From the NCBI GenBank assembly GCA_049290495.1, contig JBATNV010000318.1:4709-68708 (forward strand): DNA of 64,000 bases. Reading direction: 5' to 3'. Shown here one piece after another: positions 48,973-58,228 of the stretch. Under the pieces are notes generated by a model that saw only the letters and a list, made by a program, of their open reading frames with translations, made no database searches and was not told the DNA's origin. Source of the stretch: Gammaproteobacteria bacterium. Lineage in GTDB: Bacteria > Pseudomonadota > Gammaproteobacteria > Steroidobacterales > GCA-2729495. The position numbers were made by a program, and so were the translations under genes. The first letter of the stretch is position 1; every line of letters begins with the position of its first letter.

Positions 48973-51900
48973 CTAGAACTCGATACTTATGCTCCCGGAA
49001 ACCAGACGCCGCGTCGCCACGCGGGGACTGAGCGGGTCGATCTCGATGACATCAACCTCTTCGTCAAATACATTCCGCGCACCGAAGCTGATGGAGCCAA
49101 ACCGCCTGGGCAGCCGATATTCCAGCAGCACATCCGTAATCCAGCCGTCGTCTGTCTTCGGTACAACGGGAAAAACCGAGTCGATTGCGAAGTCGCCTTC
49201 CTGCCTTACGTAACTCGTCACCAGGCGCAGCGAGAGTCCGCGCGATCCAAACAGGGACACACCAAACGGCACCCGGATCGTTTCGAGCATATTGATTCCT
49301 TCAGGCCCGTTGTGCACCTGAGGCCGGTTCAGGTGTTCGTATTCGCCAGCCACAGAGAGCGCTGTATTCAGGCCAGCGCCAAAGCCGCTGCTGCGCCCGG
49401 ACACGAAGGTCTTGTACAAATAGATCCGGGCCGACTTTTCCCGCCAGGTGGTATCCGCATCGAGAATTGCCGATGGGACCTCAAGCTTCCGCAAGGCAGC
49501 TTCGAGACCGGCAAAAGCAGACGGGGACAGGGTCTGGTCGATTGCCATCCCCACCCGCCTGGAAACCGTACCTTCAGGATCGCCATAGAACTGTTCAAGA
49601 CCGGTAAAAAACTGATTGAAGCTCGCCACTTGCGTGGGCTCCAGGGTCTGTCCACCGATGAACGGGCGCCGCAGGGATGTGAAAGCCGCAGCACGCACTG
49701 TGGTGCCATCAGTCGGCGACCAGACCATGCCAAGCTTTGGACTGAGTTGCTTTCGATCGATAGCCGGCAAGCCAAAGCTGTACCTCAGCTTGAACAGATC
49801 CAGGGCCAGACCACCGGTCAAGCTCAGATCCAGATCCGCTACCTGCCACTGGCCATAGACGTAGGCATTCGCATCGTAGGTCTCGATAGTGCCCTGTTCG
49901 AGCGGAAAGTCTTCATTGACCTTGATATAGGCCACGCCAGAGACCAGCTGGGTATTGGCAACGTGGTCGAATCGTTGCAGCTCACCGGCATAGGTATCCG
50001 CATCAGTCCGGGTAACCAGTGAACCGTCCACCGGATAGATGACATCCCTTCGACGATCCTCATAAGCGAAGGTCCATATCCAGTCCCCACCCGGACTCGT
50101 CGCATGCCGTCCGTTGAACCTGAAAGCATCAGCTTTCTCATCGATCGTGACCGGAAAAGAATTCAATTCATCGAAAGCAAAGAAAGTGTAGCCAAGCTCA
50201 AACTCGGAGTGATTGACATCAAGCTGCAGTGAGGTTGCGGGAGATACCTCAAACTGCAGGAACCCGTCATAGACATCTTTTTTCGCCGCATTGTTGTCGT
50301 TGAAGCCATCCGTTTCATAGTGCAACTGACTGACTGCAAATCCGACATTCTTCTCCAATCCACTGACGATGAATTGATCTCCGGCTGTTCCACGTGATCC
50401 AGTCATCCCATCGGCCCGGATACGCAGCTGGTTCCGGTTAAACAGGGAATTGAACTCGTTGAGACCGATCCGGCTCGGCCCCGCTCCCTGGAGGACGCCG
50501 AGATTGTCAGTACTCGTCAGCAAATTGAGCGGGGGTGTCGAGAGAGGCTGTCTGACCTGCGCCTGAAACGCTTCGCTGACGCGGGAGATATCGTACCTCG
50601 GCAACGCGGCGTATGCGTTGGCGAGGAGTCGGTGCGCCGAGGAATTGCCGAAATTCTCAGCCAGGGCCTCGGTACCCTCGCGGACTGCCAAACCCTCGAA
50701 GCCCAGCTCGTTGTAGACAGCGGAGACTCCCGCGTTTCGTGCAGCGGCATCGTCATCGAGCAGGAGCTGTGAACGGTAGACCGCGCGGTTGTCGTTCAGC
50801 GCGACAGACTCGCGCAGTTCATTCAGCGCCTCGACTGGTTGGTTGGCCACCTGCTTACTGAACGCTTCATAGAACCACGGCGTTGGATCATTGGGATCAA
50901 GCCCTTTCGCCATCTCGAACTGCGAAGCCGCAAGCTTGTCGCGCTTCTCGTCGAAGTAAGCCTTGCCCATGTAGCTCCTGACCAGCGAGTTGTTCGGATC
51001 GAGAATCACGGCAATTTCAATGTCCTTCCGCCCTGCCTCCATCTCGCCTTCACGAATTTTCGCAAGTCCCAGTCCAAGACGCGGCAGCGGTGCATTGGGC
51101 TCCAGGCGAATTGCCTCGACAAACGAGTCCTTTGCGGCACTCAGCTGGATGCGACTTAGTTCTACAAAGCCAAGCACCGAATGGGCCAGCGAGAGCTGCG
51201 GATCAGCCGCCAGTGCCGCCTTCGCTTCCGCTTCGCTGCGCCCGAATTCACCGGAGGCCAGCCAGAGCTCGGCGAGTCGTGCGCGCAGCAGCGCGTTATC
51301 GGGTTGCGCCGCTGCCCCTGCCTCGAGGTCGCTGATGGCGCCCGGCAGGTCGAAGCGCGCTTGCCGCGCATAGGACCGCGCGAGTCGGGCAGCGGCGGAA
51401 TCCGGCGCAGCGGTTACGGCCTGATCGGCAGTTTTCAGGGCGGTTTCGGTGTCATCGCGCGTGAGCGCAATCACCGACTGCCTGGCCAGCACCTCGGCAC
51501 TGCCGGGAGCGAGACTCAGCCCACGGGCGAGATCAGTCTCGGCTTCAGACACCTGGCCAACGCGGAGGCGCTGCTCAGCGCGGCCGAGGAAAAGCGCCGC
51601 CGTCTGTTGCGCAGCCGTCACTTCGGCATCGGCGGCCGGCAACGGACCCGCAGTGATCGGCGGGTAATACAGCGTCCACACCACGGCATCGCGGGGCCGC
51701 ACAATCTGCTGCAGTACCGGCGCGCTGCCGGCGCGAGCCAGTACGCTCTCGCCGGAAGCGGCCGTTGCCGCACCTGCGCTGTTCTCGACCTTCACGCTGC
51801 CCTCGTAAACGATCACGGTGGTGGCATCGCTGCTCACGCCGACGAAGAACTCCGTGCCTTCGATACCGGCATTGGCGAAAGGCGTGATGACGCGCAGCGC

Positions 51901-52284
51901 ACGCGGGTCGCGGCTGATGACGTGGATCGCGCCCTTCAGGATATCGAGCCAGGTGCGCTTGTCGTCAGTGGGTGCGGCAAAAGTGATGACGGTGCCCTGA
52001 TCGATGCGGACCACGGTCTGATCCGGCAGCTCGAGAGCTACGCGACTGAAGGCGCCAACTTCAAGCACGTCGCCTACGCAGAAGTTCTGTTGCAGACCCG
52101 GCTGTGACACGCGCGCAATACCCGCGCGGCGCAGACTGACAGTGCCCTGACTGGAGAGCAGCCGGGCGACCCAGGCCTCACATTGCTGCGTGCCGGACGG
52201 CGCAATTTGTGCGTAGAGCGGGGTGCAGAGAACGATTGCACTCACAACGAGTACAACCAGGAGCGACGAGCGGATACGTACCAT
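48973..52284 (-). CDS. FecR-domain / TPR / TonB-dependent-receptor-like beta-barrel protein (about 1100 aa)
   Basis: Signal peptide. FecR-like ..VALELPDQTVVRIDQGTVITF..GIEGTEFFV... About 8 TPRs in the middle. C-terminal half is beta-strand-rich and ends ..LVSGSISIEF. Confidence 0.85.
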   Translation of the reverse strand: MVRIRSSLLVVLVVSAIVLCTPLYAQIAPSGTQQCEAWVARLLSSQGTVSLRRAGIARVSQPGLQQNFCVGDVLEVGAFSRVALELPDQTVVRIDQGTVITFAAPTDDKRTWLDILKGAIHVISRDPRALRVITPFANAGIEGTEFFVGVSSDATTVIVYEGSVKVENSAGAATAASGESVLARAGSAPVLQQIVRPRDAVVWTLYYPPITAGPLPAADAEVTAAQQTAALFLGRAEQRLRVGQVSEAETDLARGLSLAPGSAEVLARQSVIALTRDDTETALKTADQAVTAAPDSAAARLARSYARQARFDLPGAISDLEAGAAAQPDNALLRARLAELWLASGEFGRSEAEAKAALAADPQLSLAHSVLGFVELSRIQLSAAKDSFVEAIRLEPNAPLPRLGLGLAKIREGEMEAGRKDIEIAVILDPNNSLVRSYMGKAYFDEKRDKLAASQFEMAKGLDPNDPTPWFYEAFSKQVANQPVEALNELRESVALNDNRAVYRSQLLLDDDAAARNAGVSAVYNELGFEGLAVREGTEALAENFGNSSAHRLLANAYAALPRYDISRVSEAFQAQVRQPLSTPPLNLLTSTDNLGVLQGAGPSRIGLNEFNSLFNRNQLRIRADGMTGSRGTAGDQFIVSGLEKNVGFAVSQLHYETDGFNDNNAAKKDVYDGFLQFEVSPATSLQLDVNHSEFELGYTFFAFDELNSFPVTIDEKADAFRFNGRHATSPGGDWIWTFAYEDRRRDVIYPVDGSLVTRTDADTYAGELQRFDHVANTQLVSGVAYIKVNEDFPLEQGTIETYDANAYVYGQWQVADLDLSLTGGLALDLFKLRYSFGLPAIDRKQLSPKLGMVWSPTDGTTVRAAAFTSLRRPFIGGQTLEPTQVASFNQFFTGLEQFYGDPEGTVSRRVGMAIDQTLSPSAFAGLEAALRKLEVPSAILDADTTWREKSARIYLYKTFVSGRSSGFGAGLNTALSVAGEYEHLNRPQVHNGPEGINMLETIRVPFGVSLFGSRGLSLRLVTSYVRQEGDFAIDSVFPVVPKTDDGWITDVLLEYRLPRRFGSISFGARNVFDEEVDVIEIDPLSPRVATRRLVSGSISIEF

Positions 52285-52458
52285 CACAAAGCCCCCCCCA
52301 CGGCAGGCATGAGCAAAACTGGTACGGCGCAGGCCCCACGAACGACGCCGATTTTTATTGTTTAACACCGGACCCTGTCGGGTTCCGGCGTCGTTCAGTC
52401 TATGGACTTCTGCGGCAGCGCGCAACGGAAGCAGCGATGCTTTCTTAAGCCGGTCGCC

Positions 52459-54672
52459 TCACTTTCCGGACATACGGATGGCACCGTTCTCAAAGCTGTC
52501 GGGCCCGCTCGCGAGGTAACGGGCGCAGAGTTCCACGTAGAAACACACCGGCCCGTCATCGGCTTGCTCGCGGTGCAGACTGCCGAAAACATCCGCCGCC
52601 GTCTGCCAGCGCATCGCCCTGAACGCCGCTAACGCCGCTGCAAAACGCGCGTGCCGTTCGCCGACGATTGCATCGCGATCCGCATCCAGCAGTTCGTGGA
52701 TCACCAGCGGCCTCGACTTGCCGGCCAGCAGGAAGGTGCCAACGTCACGACTCGACAGGCCCCCGGTTTCTGCGAGCGTTTCGCCCGAGACAAGAATCCG
52801 CGTGCCGAGCTGCTTGTTGAGGCCTTCGATGCGCGAGGCGGTGTTGACGATGTCGCCGACCGCGCGAAATTCCATGTGACCGGCGCCGCCGATATTGCCC
52901 AGACGGATGGGCCCGGTATGCAGCCCGATGCGCGTGGGCAGTTGCGGCCGGCCCGGCAAGGCATTGAAGCGATCCACCGCTGCAGCCACGGCCAGTGCGC
53001 CGGCGCAGGCACACTCGCGGATCCTGTGGTCGGGTTTCGACACCGCCCATATGGCCATCATGGAATCGCCGACGACGTCGGTAACGACCCCCTCGCACGC
53101 TTCGACCTCGGCGAACATCACCGCGTAGTAGGCGTTCATCAGTGCCGCCAGTTCTTCCAGCGCCAGGGTCTCGGCGAGATGCGTGTACTGCTCGGCATCA
53201 GTCGCCATGCAGGTGCCGTGCAGAAGTTCGGCATTGGGCTGCAGATCGCCGAGATTCTGCATCAACTGGTCGAGCGCCCGTTTCGGCAGATAGGTGCCCA
53301 GCGCCTGCATGACGCGCTCGCGCTGCTTGCGCGTCTGCAAGTACTGCGCGAGCAGGCCGAGCAGCAGCGCGACCGGCAGCTGCACGAACAGCGGCACGAA
53401 CAGCGGCAGCCAGATGTTCATGGCATCGAAAACCCACCAGGCCCAGGCGCCATACAGCGGCACTGCGAACAGGCTGAAGGCGATCGTTGCCGGTGGCGTC
53501 AGCACGCGGCAAAAGCCACCCACGAGCAGCCCCCAGAAACCGATCACGAACAGTTCGGCCGGAAAGGACAAGGGCTTTATCGCGGTGCCGTCCAGCATGT
53601 TGGCAATTGCAGTCGCCGCGACTTCCACGCCGCTGATGTCGAGACCGGTGTGGTCCGAGAACACGGAGTAGAAGCCGTCCTTCTGCTCAGGTTGGAACTC
53701 GTCCGAAAACCCGACCAGCACGATCTTGCCGGCCAGTTCATCGCTGTCTCCGCGCAAGGCCTGCACATAAGGTAGCGTCCGCACGGTGCGCGCCGGCCCG
53801 TAATAGTTGAGGTAGCGGGTATCGGCGCCCGCGTAGAGTTCGAGCAGCGAGCGCAGTGCAGCTGGCTGCTGCTGCAACTGTTGCCACTCGGCATCCAGGG
53901 TAGCCAGCGCTGCCCCGTCAGTCGTCAGGCAGCTGCGCGCCTGTTGCAAAAGGCTGTCGATCTGACGTGCGGCGACCACCTCGGCGGTCGTGGCATGCAG
54001 CAATTGCGCCAACTCCGGACAGACCCGGCGCAGATCGGCAAACCACTCACCAGGCTGACGCAGCATCCAAGCCTGGAAGACAGTGGTCGGAAATGTCGCG
54101 AGGTTGCCGGCACTGGCCTTGAAGGTCCAGAACTGACTGACTCGTACCGGTACGACCGGCAAGGTGAATGGCGCGACCGCCAACGCACCGGCAGCGATCG
54201 ACGGCACCGGCGGAATGAGCTTCTCGGCGGTGAGCACGATCTGTCGATCCTGGCTCGCACCCACAGCGGTCTTTTTCAGGAAGACAGCCAGCACCACGTT
54301 GCCCGCTTGGTTCAGCGCTGCGCCCAGGCGCTCATCGCCGGAAGGCTCAGCTGGATCATCAAACAACACATCGAAGCCGACTACTGCCGCGCCTTCTGCA
54401 GCCAGGTGTTCGACGAGTTCTGCATGCAGGGTACGCGGCCATTTAGCGGGTATATTCGGCAGGCCGAAAGCATCGCTCGAGAATTTGTCGAGACCGATCA
54501 CCACCACTTCGGCGGGCGCCTCGCGCGGGCCGCGCAGGAGGAACAGGGTGCCGAGGCCGAAGTCTTCTTCGACTCGCAGCACTGCGGGTACGGCACCGGC
54601 GAGCATCCCAAACAGCGTTGCCAGCAGGCCAAACAGGGCAAACTGCGGCGCCCTGAGGATCATCGCGTCCAC
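52459..54672 (-). CDS. CHASE2-sensor class III adenylate/guanylate cyclase
   Basis: N-terminal CHASE2 (..VVVIGLDKFS..WPR..), TM cluster, cyclase domain (..CMATDAEQYTHLAE..VGDSMMAIW..RIGLHTG..VGDIVNTASRIEG..). Confidence 0.9.
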   Translation of the reverse strand: MDAMILRAPQFALFGLLATLFGMLAGAVPAVLRVEEDFGLGTLFLLRGPREAPAEVVVIGLDKFSSDAFGLPNIPAKWPRTLHAELVEHLAAEGAAVVGFDVLFDDPAEPSGDERLGAALNQAGNVVLAVFLKKTAVGASQDRQIVLTAEKLIPPVPSIAAGALAVAPFTLPVVPVRVSQFWTFKASAGNLATFPTTVFQAWMLRQPGEWFADLRRVCPELAQLLHATTAEVVAARQIDSLLQQARSCLTTDGAALATLDAEWQQLQQQPAALRSLLELYAGADTRYLNYYGPARTVRTLPYVQALRGDSDELAGKIVLVGFSDEFQPEQKDGFYSVFSDHTGLDISGVEVAATAIANMLDGTAIKPLSFPAELFVIGFWGLLVGGFCRVLTPPATIAFSLFAVPLYGAWAWWVFDAMNIWLPLFVPLFVQLPVALLLGLLAQYLQTRKQRERVMQALGTYLPKRALDQLMQNLGDLQPNAELLHGTCMATDAEQYTHLAETLALEELAALMNAYYAVMFAEVEACEGVVTDVVGDSMMAIWAVSKPDHRIRECACAGALAVAAAVDRFNALPGRPQLPTRIGLHTGPIRLGNIGGAGHMEFRAVGDIVNTASRIEGLNKQLGTRILVSGETLAETGGLSSRDVGTFLLAGKSRPLVIHELLDADRDAIVGERHARFAAALAAFRAMRWQTAADVFGSLHREQADDGPVCFYVELCARYLASGPDSFENGAIRMSGK

Positions 54673-54681
54673 CGCCTGGCT

Positions 54682-55371
54682 TCAGTCGCGCTCATCGCGG
54701 ACGCGACGCAGGCTGTCTGGATCGCGGATCACCACCCGGCCGCGGGCCAGGTCGATCCATCCCCGCTTGCGCCACTGTTGCAAGTGCTGATTGACGATCT
54801 GGCGCGAGACACTCATGAAGCCGGCCAAGTCCGCCTGCGAGATCTGCAGCACCATGAGGCCATCGACCGTGCTGCCGTGTTCCTCTGCCAGCTTCATCAG
54901 CCGTCGCGCCAGCCGCGCCGGAACAGACAGGAACGCTGCCTCCTCGATCAGATCGCTGGTCCAGCGCAGGCGCTTGCACAGTAGTTGCAGGAGGTGCGTG
55001 GCGAGGCAGGGCTCTTTCTCGATCAGGGCCAGAAAGTCAGCGCGGCGAATGACGAAAAGTTCCGTGTCGCTCAGTGCATCGGCCGTGGCGGTGCGCGGAT
55101 GGCCGTCGAGTGCAGCGATCTCGCCAAAGCTGTCGCCGGACTCGAGGATATTGAGGAACACCTCCTGTCCGCCGGGTGTGCTGGCGCTGATCCGCACCTG
55201 CCCGGAGATCAGGCCCAGCAGCGCATCACCGGGCTCACCCTGGGCAAAGATGCGGCTGCCGCGGCCGTATGAACGGCGGATCGCGAGCGCGGCCAGCTTG
55301 TCGATGGCCGACTCCGGCAGACTGCCGAGGAGCAGATTGGCTTTCAACACGCTGCGAGCGGTCAGGGTCAT
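54682..55371 (-). CDS. Crp/Fnr-family cNMP-binding transcriptional regulator
   Basis: ..GEPGDALLGLISGQVRIS..GDSFGEIAALDG.. and HTH ..ISQADLAGFMSVSRQIVNQHLQQW.. Lies 9 nt upstream of the cyclase gene. Confidence 0.9.
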   Translation of the reverse strand: MTLTARSVLKANLLLGSLPESAIDKLAALAIRRSYGRGSRIFAQGEPGDALLGLISGQVRISASTPGGQEVFLNILESGDSFGEIAALDGHPRTATADALSDTELFVIRRADFLALIEKEPCLATHLLQLLCKRLRWTSDLIEEAAFLSVPARLARRLMKLAEEHGSTVDGLMVLQISQADLAGFMSVSRQIVNQHLQQWRKRGWIDLARGRVVIRDPDSLRRVRDERD

Positions 55372-55401
55372 GACACCCTTTTCCGACTATTTGCGGCGAT
55401 G

Positions 55402-55417
55402 TGTCAAGTGCCGGACA
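55402..55417. promoter_or_regulatory. Crp/Fnr-type near-palindrome TGTCA-N6-GGACA
   Basis: TGTCAAGTGCCGGACA, 31-46 nt upstream of the Crp gene start at 55371. Shares TGTCAAG with the site at 46310. Confidence 0.35.
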
Positions 55418-55656
55418 GACCAAAAGCGCCCGCCGGGGCATCGTTAGACCGCAGCCAGGAAATTATGCAAGCCTGATCGGGCTGGATTTTGGAATGTGCC
55501 CCACGCATTTCAGCGCTCCGCCAGAGCAGACCATGTATTTCCAGAATTGCCTGGCCGGTCGGGGTGCGCTGCCGCCCGAACCCGTCCTCCAGCGGGGGAC
55601 AAGCGACCGGCCGGGTGTCTCTGCCCGATCGCCAGATAAAAGGACCCGGAGTGCAT

Positions 55657-55815
55657 ATGACTCTCAAACAGCAACGCCTCGTGACCGCCGGTCTGCGCGG
55701 ATTCTGTTGCGCGGGCCTCGCAACGCTGATCACCGCCTGCTTCTCGTGGACCTTTGTCACTTCGGTTGCCACACCGCAAATCGGCACCGTTTCTGGACAA
55801 AGCAACACGCTTTAG
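55657..55815 (+). CDS. small membrane peptide (52 aa), hypothetical
   Basis: GGAG 5 nt before the ATG at 55657. MTLKQQRLVTAGLRGFCCAGLATLITACFSWTFV.. has one TM-like segment. Confidence 0.3.
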   Translation: MTLKQQRLVTAGLRGFCCAGLATLITACFSWTFVTSVATPQIGTVSGQSNTL

Positions 55816-55905
55816 CGACCATGCGCCCGGCACCCGGACCGGACCCCCAGCATGGACATCAGCAATCAGCACAATCTGCTCGTACCCCTCCTGCCGGAGA
55901 GCGCA

Positions 55906-56100
55906 ATGAAGTTCGGCGTCCGCGTCGGTCTGCCCGCTGCTGACCCCTTGAGCGACGTGCTCGGTGCAGACTGGCAGCGCGAGCACTGGTTTGCGACCGC
56001 TGCTGCGCGCGATGCAGCCTTGCGCGAAATGGCACGGCGTCATCCTTTCAGCCGGATTGGCGACACGCCGAGCATCCGCCTGGAAGCTATCCAGCGTTAA
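55906..56100 (+). CDS. small protein (64 aa), hypothetical
   Basis: GC3-rich codons. Ends 12 nt before the TonB-dependent receptor start. Confidence 0.3.
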   Translation: MKFGVRVGLPAADPLSDVLGADWQREHWFATAAARDAALREMARRHPFSRIGDTPSIRLEAIQR

Positions 56101-56112
56101 CCCGACGCGACG

Positions 56113-58167
56113 GTGATTCGTCTGCGACAAGGACTGGCCAGCGGCCTCGCAGCGTTTTTCATCGCTGCTACGGCAACTGCCGCTGACCGCACCCTACCCG
56201 AAGAAATCGTCGTCACCGCCACCCGCTATCCGGTGGCAGCACTCGATCTGGCCGGTAACACCGCCCGCCTTGATACAGAGCGCATTGAACTGCTGAATGC
56301 CAGTCATATCCATGAAATCACGGCAGAGATTCCCGGCACCTGGATCACGCGCGGCAGCGGCCAGGAAAGCATCACTGCAATCCGCTCACCGGCCCTAACG
56401 GGACCAGGTTCCTGCGGCAGCTTCCTGTTTCTGGAAGACGGCGTCGCCATCCGGCCGACCGGCTTCTGCAATGTGAACGAAACCTTCGAGATGGTGTCGG
56501 AACTCGCCAGCGCCATCGAGGTGATCCGCGGGCCGGCTTCAGCGCTGTATGGCTCGAATGCCCTGCACGGCACGCTGAACGTACTGTTGCCCGAGCCGGG
56601 GCCGGACACGCTTTATGTCAGCGGCGAGGCTGGACCGGACAGTTTCATGCGCGGCAAGCTGATCTGGGGCAACGGTACCGGGAGCGGCGATGGCCTGATC
56701 GGCGGCCTGGTCTACGATCACAGCGATGACTTTCGCGACTCGGCCGGTTACAGCCAGGCCAAGGGTTTTCTGAAGTACGGGACTGATCTGCGCGGCGGTC
56801 AGCTCGAACTTGCTTTCAGCGGCACCCTGCTTGATCAGGACACGGCCGGATTCATATACGGCGAGAACGCCTACCGGGACGAATCGCGACGCCACACCAA
56901 CAGCAACCCGGATGCCTATCGCCGGGCAAACAGCCAGCGTTTCAACGCCAGCTGGCAGCCGGATGGCAACCGGGCCGATGACGGCTGGAAACTGATCGGC
57001 TTCCTGCGCCGTTCCGAAATGGATTTCCTGCAACATTTTCTGCCCGGCCAACCGGTGGAAAAAAACGGACAGTGGAGCGGCGGCGCCACCCTGCTGCGCT
57101 ATACGACACTCGGTCCGGCACGGATCACTGCCGGCTTCGATACCGAAATCGCCGACGGCTACCTGAAAGAAACCCAGGAAAGCGCGGACACCGGCAACCG
57201 GCCGCAGGGCCGGCACTACGATTACGATGTCTGGCAGTATCTCGCCTCGCCTTATGCACAGGCTGAGCTGCCGCTGAATGCACGGTGGGCGCTGACCGGC
57301 GGCCTGCGCTTTGAATGGCTGCGCTATGACTACGACAACCGGATGCTGGATGGAAATACGCGCGAGGATGGCACTGCATGTACACCGCCCTGCCTTTACA
57401 GCCGCCCGGCTGACAGCAGCGAGAACTATACAAATCTGGCACCGAATCTTGGCCTGCTGTTCCGGCTGGATGCGGAAAATTCGGCCTACCTCACGCTGAC
57501 GCGCGGTTTTCGCGCACCGCAGGCAGCGGAACTCTATCGCCTGCAGGCCGGACAGAATGTCGCTGACCTCCATTCCGAAACCATCGACAGCCTCGAACTT
57601 GGCTGGCATCACCAGTCAGCGCATCTGGATCTGTCCGTTGCAACATTTGCCATGCACAAGGACCACTACATCCTGCAGGACTCCAACCGCTATAACGTCA
57701 GTGATGGCGAAAGCCGGCATGTCGGCGCTGAACTCGACGCCGAAGCGCGGCGCGACAACGGACTCTATGCCGGAATTGCCGCGACCTGGATAAAACAGAC
57801 CTACGCCTTCAGTCAGCAGATCGCCGGCGGTGAAACCATCACCTCGGGCAATGACATCGATACAGCACCGCGCACGCTGGGCAGCCTGCATATCGGCTGG
57901 TCAGTCAACCCGTGGCTGGCGGAAATCGAATGGATACACCAGGGCAGCTATTACCTGACCGCGCAGGAAAACCAGCGCTACGGCGGTCACGATCTCTTCA
58001 ACCTGCGCGCCGCCTGGTCGGTCAACCGGGAATGGCGCGTCACGGCGCGCATCAACAATCTCAACGACACCCTCTACGCCGATCGCGCCGACTACGCCTT
58101 CGGCGAATATCGCTACTTCCCCGGCCACGACCGGGAGCTGTTTCTTGAACTCAGCTACCAGCGCTGA
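56113..58167 (+). CDS. TonB-dependent receptor
   Basis: Signal peptide; TonB box-like ..EEIVVTATR..; plug (..IEVIRGPASALYGSNALHGTLNV..); long barrel. Confidence 0.9.
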   Translation: MIRLRQGLASGLAAFFIAATATAADRTLPEEIVVTATRYPVAALDLAGNTARLDTERIELLNASHIHEITAEIPGTWITRGSGQESITAIRSPALTGPGSCGSFLFLEDGVAIRPTGFCNVNETFEMVSELASAIEVIRGPASALYGSNALHGTLNVLLPEPGPDTLYVSGEAGPDSFMRGKLIWGNGTGSGDGLIGGLVYDHSDDFRDSAGYSQAKGFLKYGTDLRGGQLELAFSGTLLDQDTAGFIYGENAYRDESRRHTNSNPDAYRRANSQRFNASWQPDGNRADDGWKLIGFLRRSEMDFLQHFLPGQPVEKNGQWSGGATLLRYTTLGPARITAGFDTEIADGYLKETQESADTGNRPQGRHYDYDVWQYLASPYAQAELPLNARWALTGGLRFEWLRYDYDNRMLDGNTREDGTACTPPCLYSRPADSSENYTNLAPNLGLLFRLDAENSAYLTLTRGFRAPQAAELYRLQAGQNVADLHSETIDSLELGWHHQSAHLDLSVATFAMHKDHYILQDSNRYNVSDGESRHVGAELDAEARRDNGLYAGIAATWIKQTYAFSQQIAGGETITSGNDIDTAPRTLGSLHIGWSVNPWLAEIEWIHQGSYYLTAQENQRYGGHDLFNLRAAWSVNREWRVTARINNLNDTLYADRADYAFGEYRYFPGHDRELFLELSYQR

Positions 58168-58228
58168 AGGTACTCAAGGATCTGAATCTGCACGCAGCTT
58201 GTACTCGCACTGCGTATAAAGCCGGCGT

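Noticed and set aside
52285-52425. Upstream extension of the FecR-TPR-barrel ORF (start 52425)
   Set aside because: The extension is Arg-rich (..NNKNRRRSWGLRRTSFAHACRGGG..) and precedes a canonical signal peptide that starts at the ATG at 52284.
48880-54984. Series of long plus-strand ORFs (48880-50022, 51181-52107, 52651-53775, 53881-54984)
   Set aside because: All are antisense to the FecR-TPR-barrel and CHASE2-cyclase genes. Their composition is Arg/His/Gln-rich with no recognisable domains.
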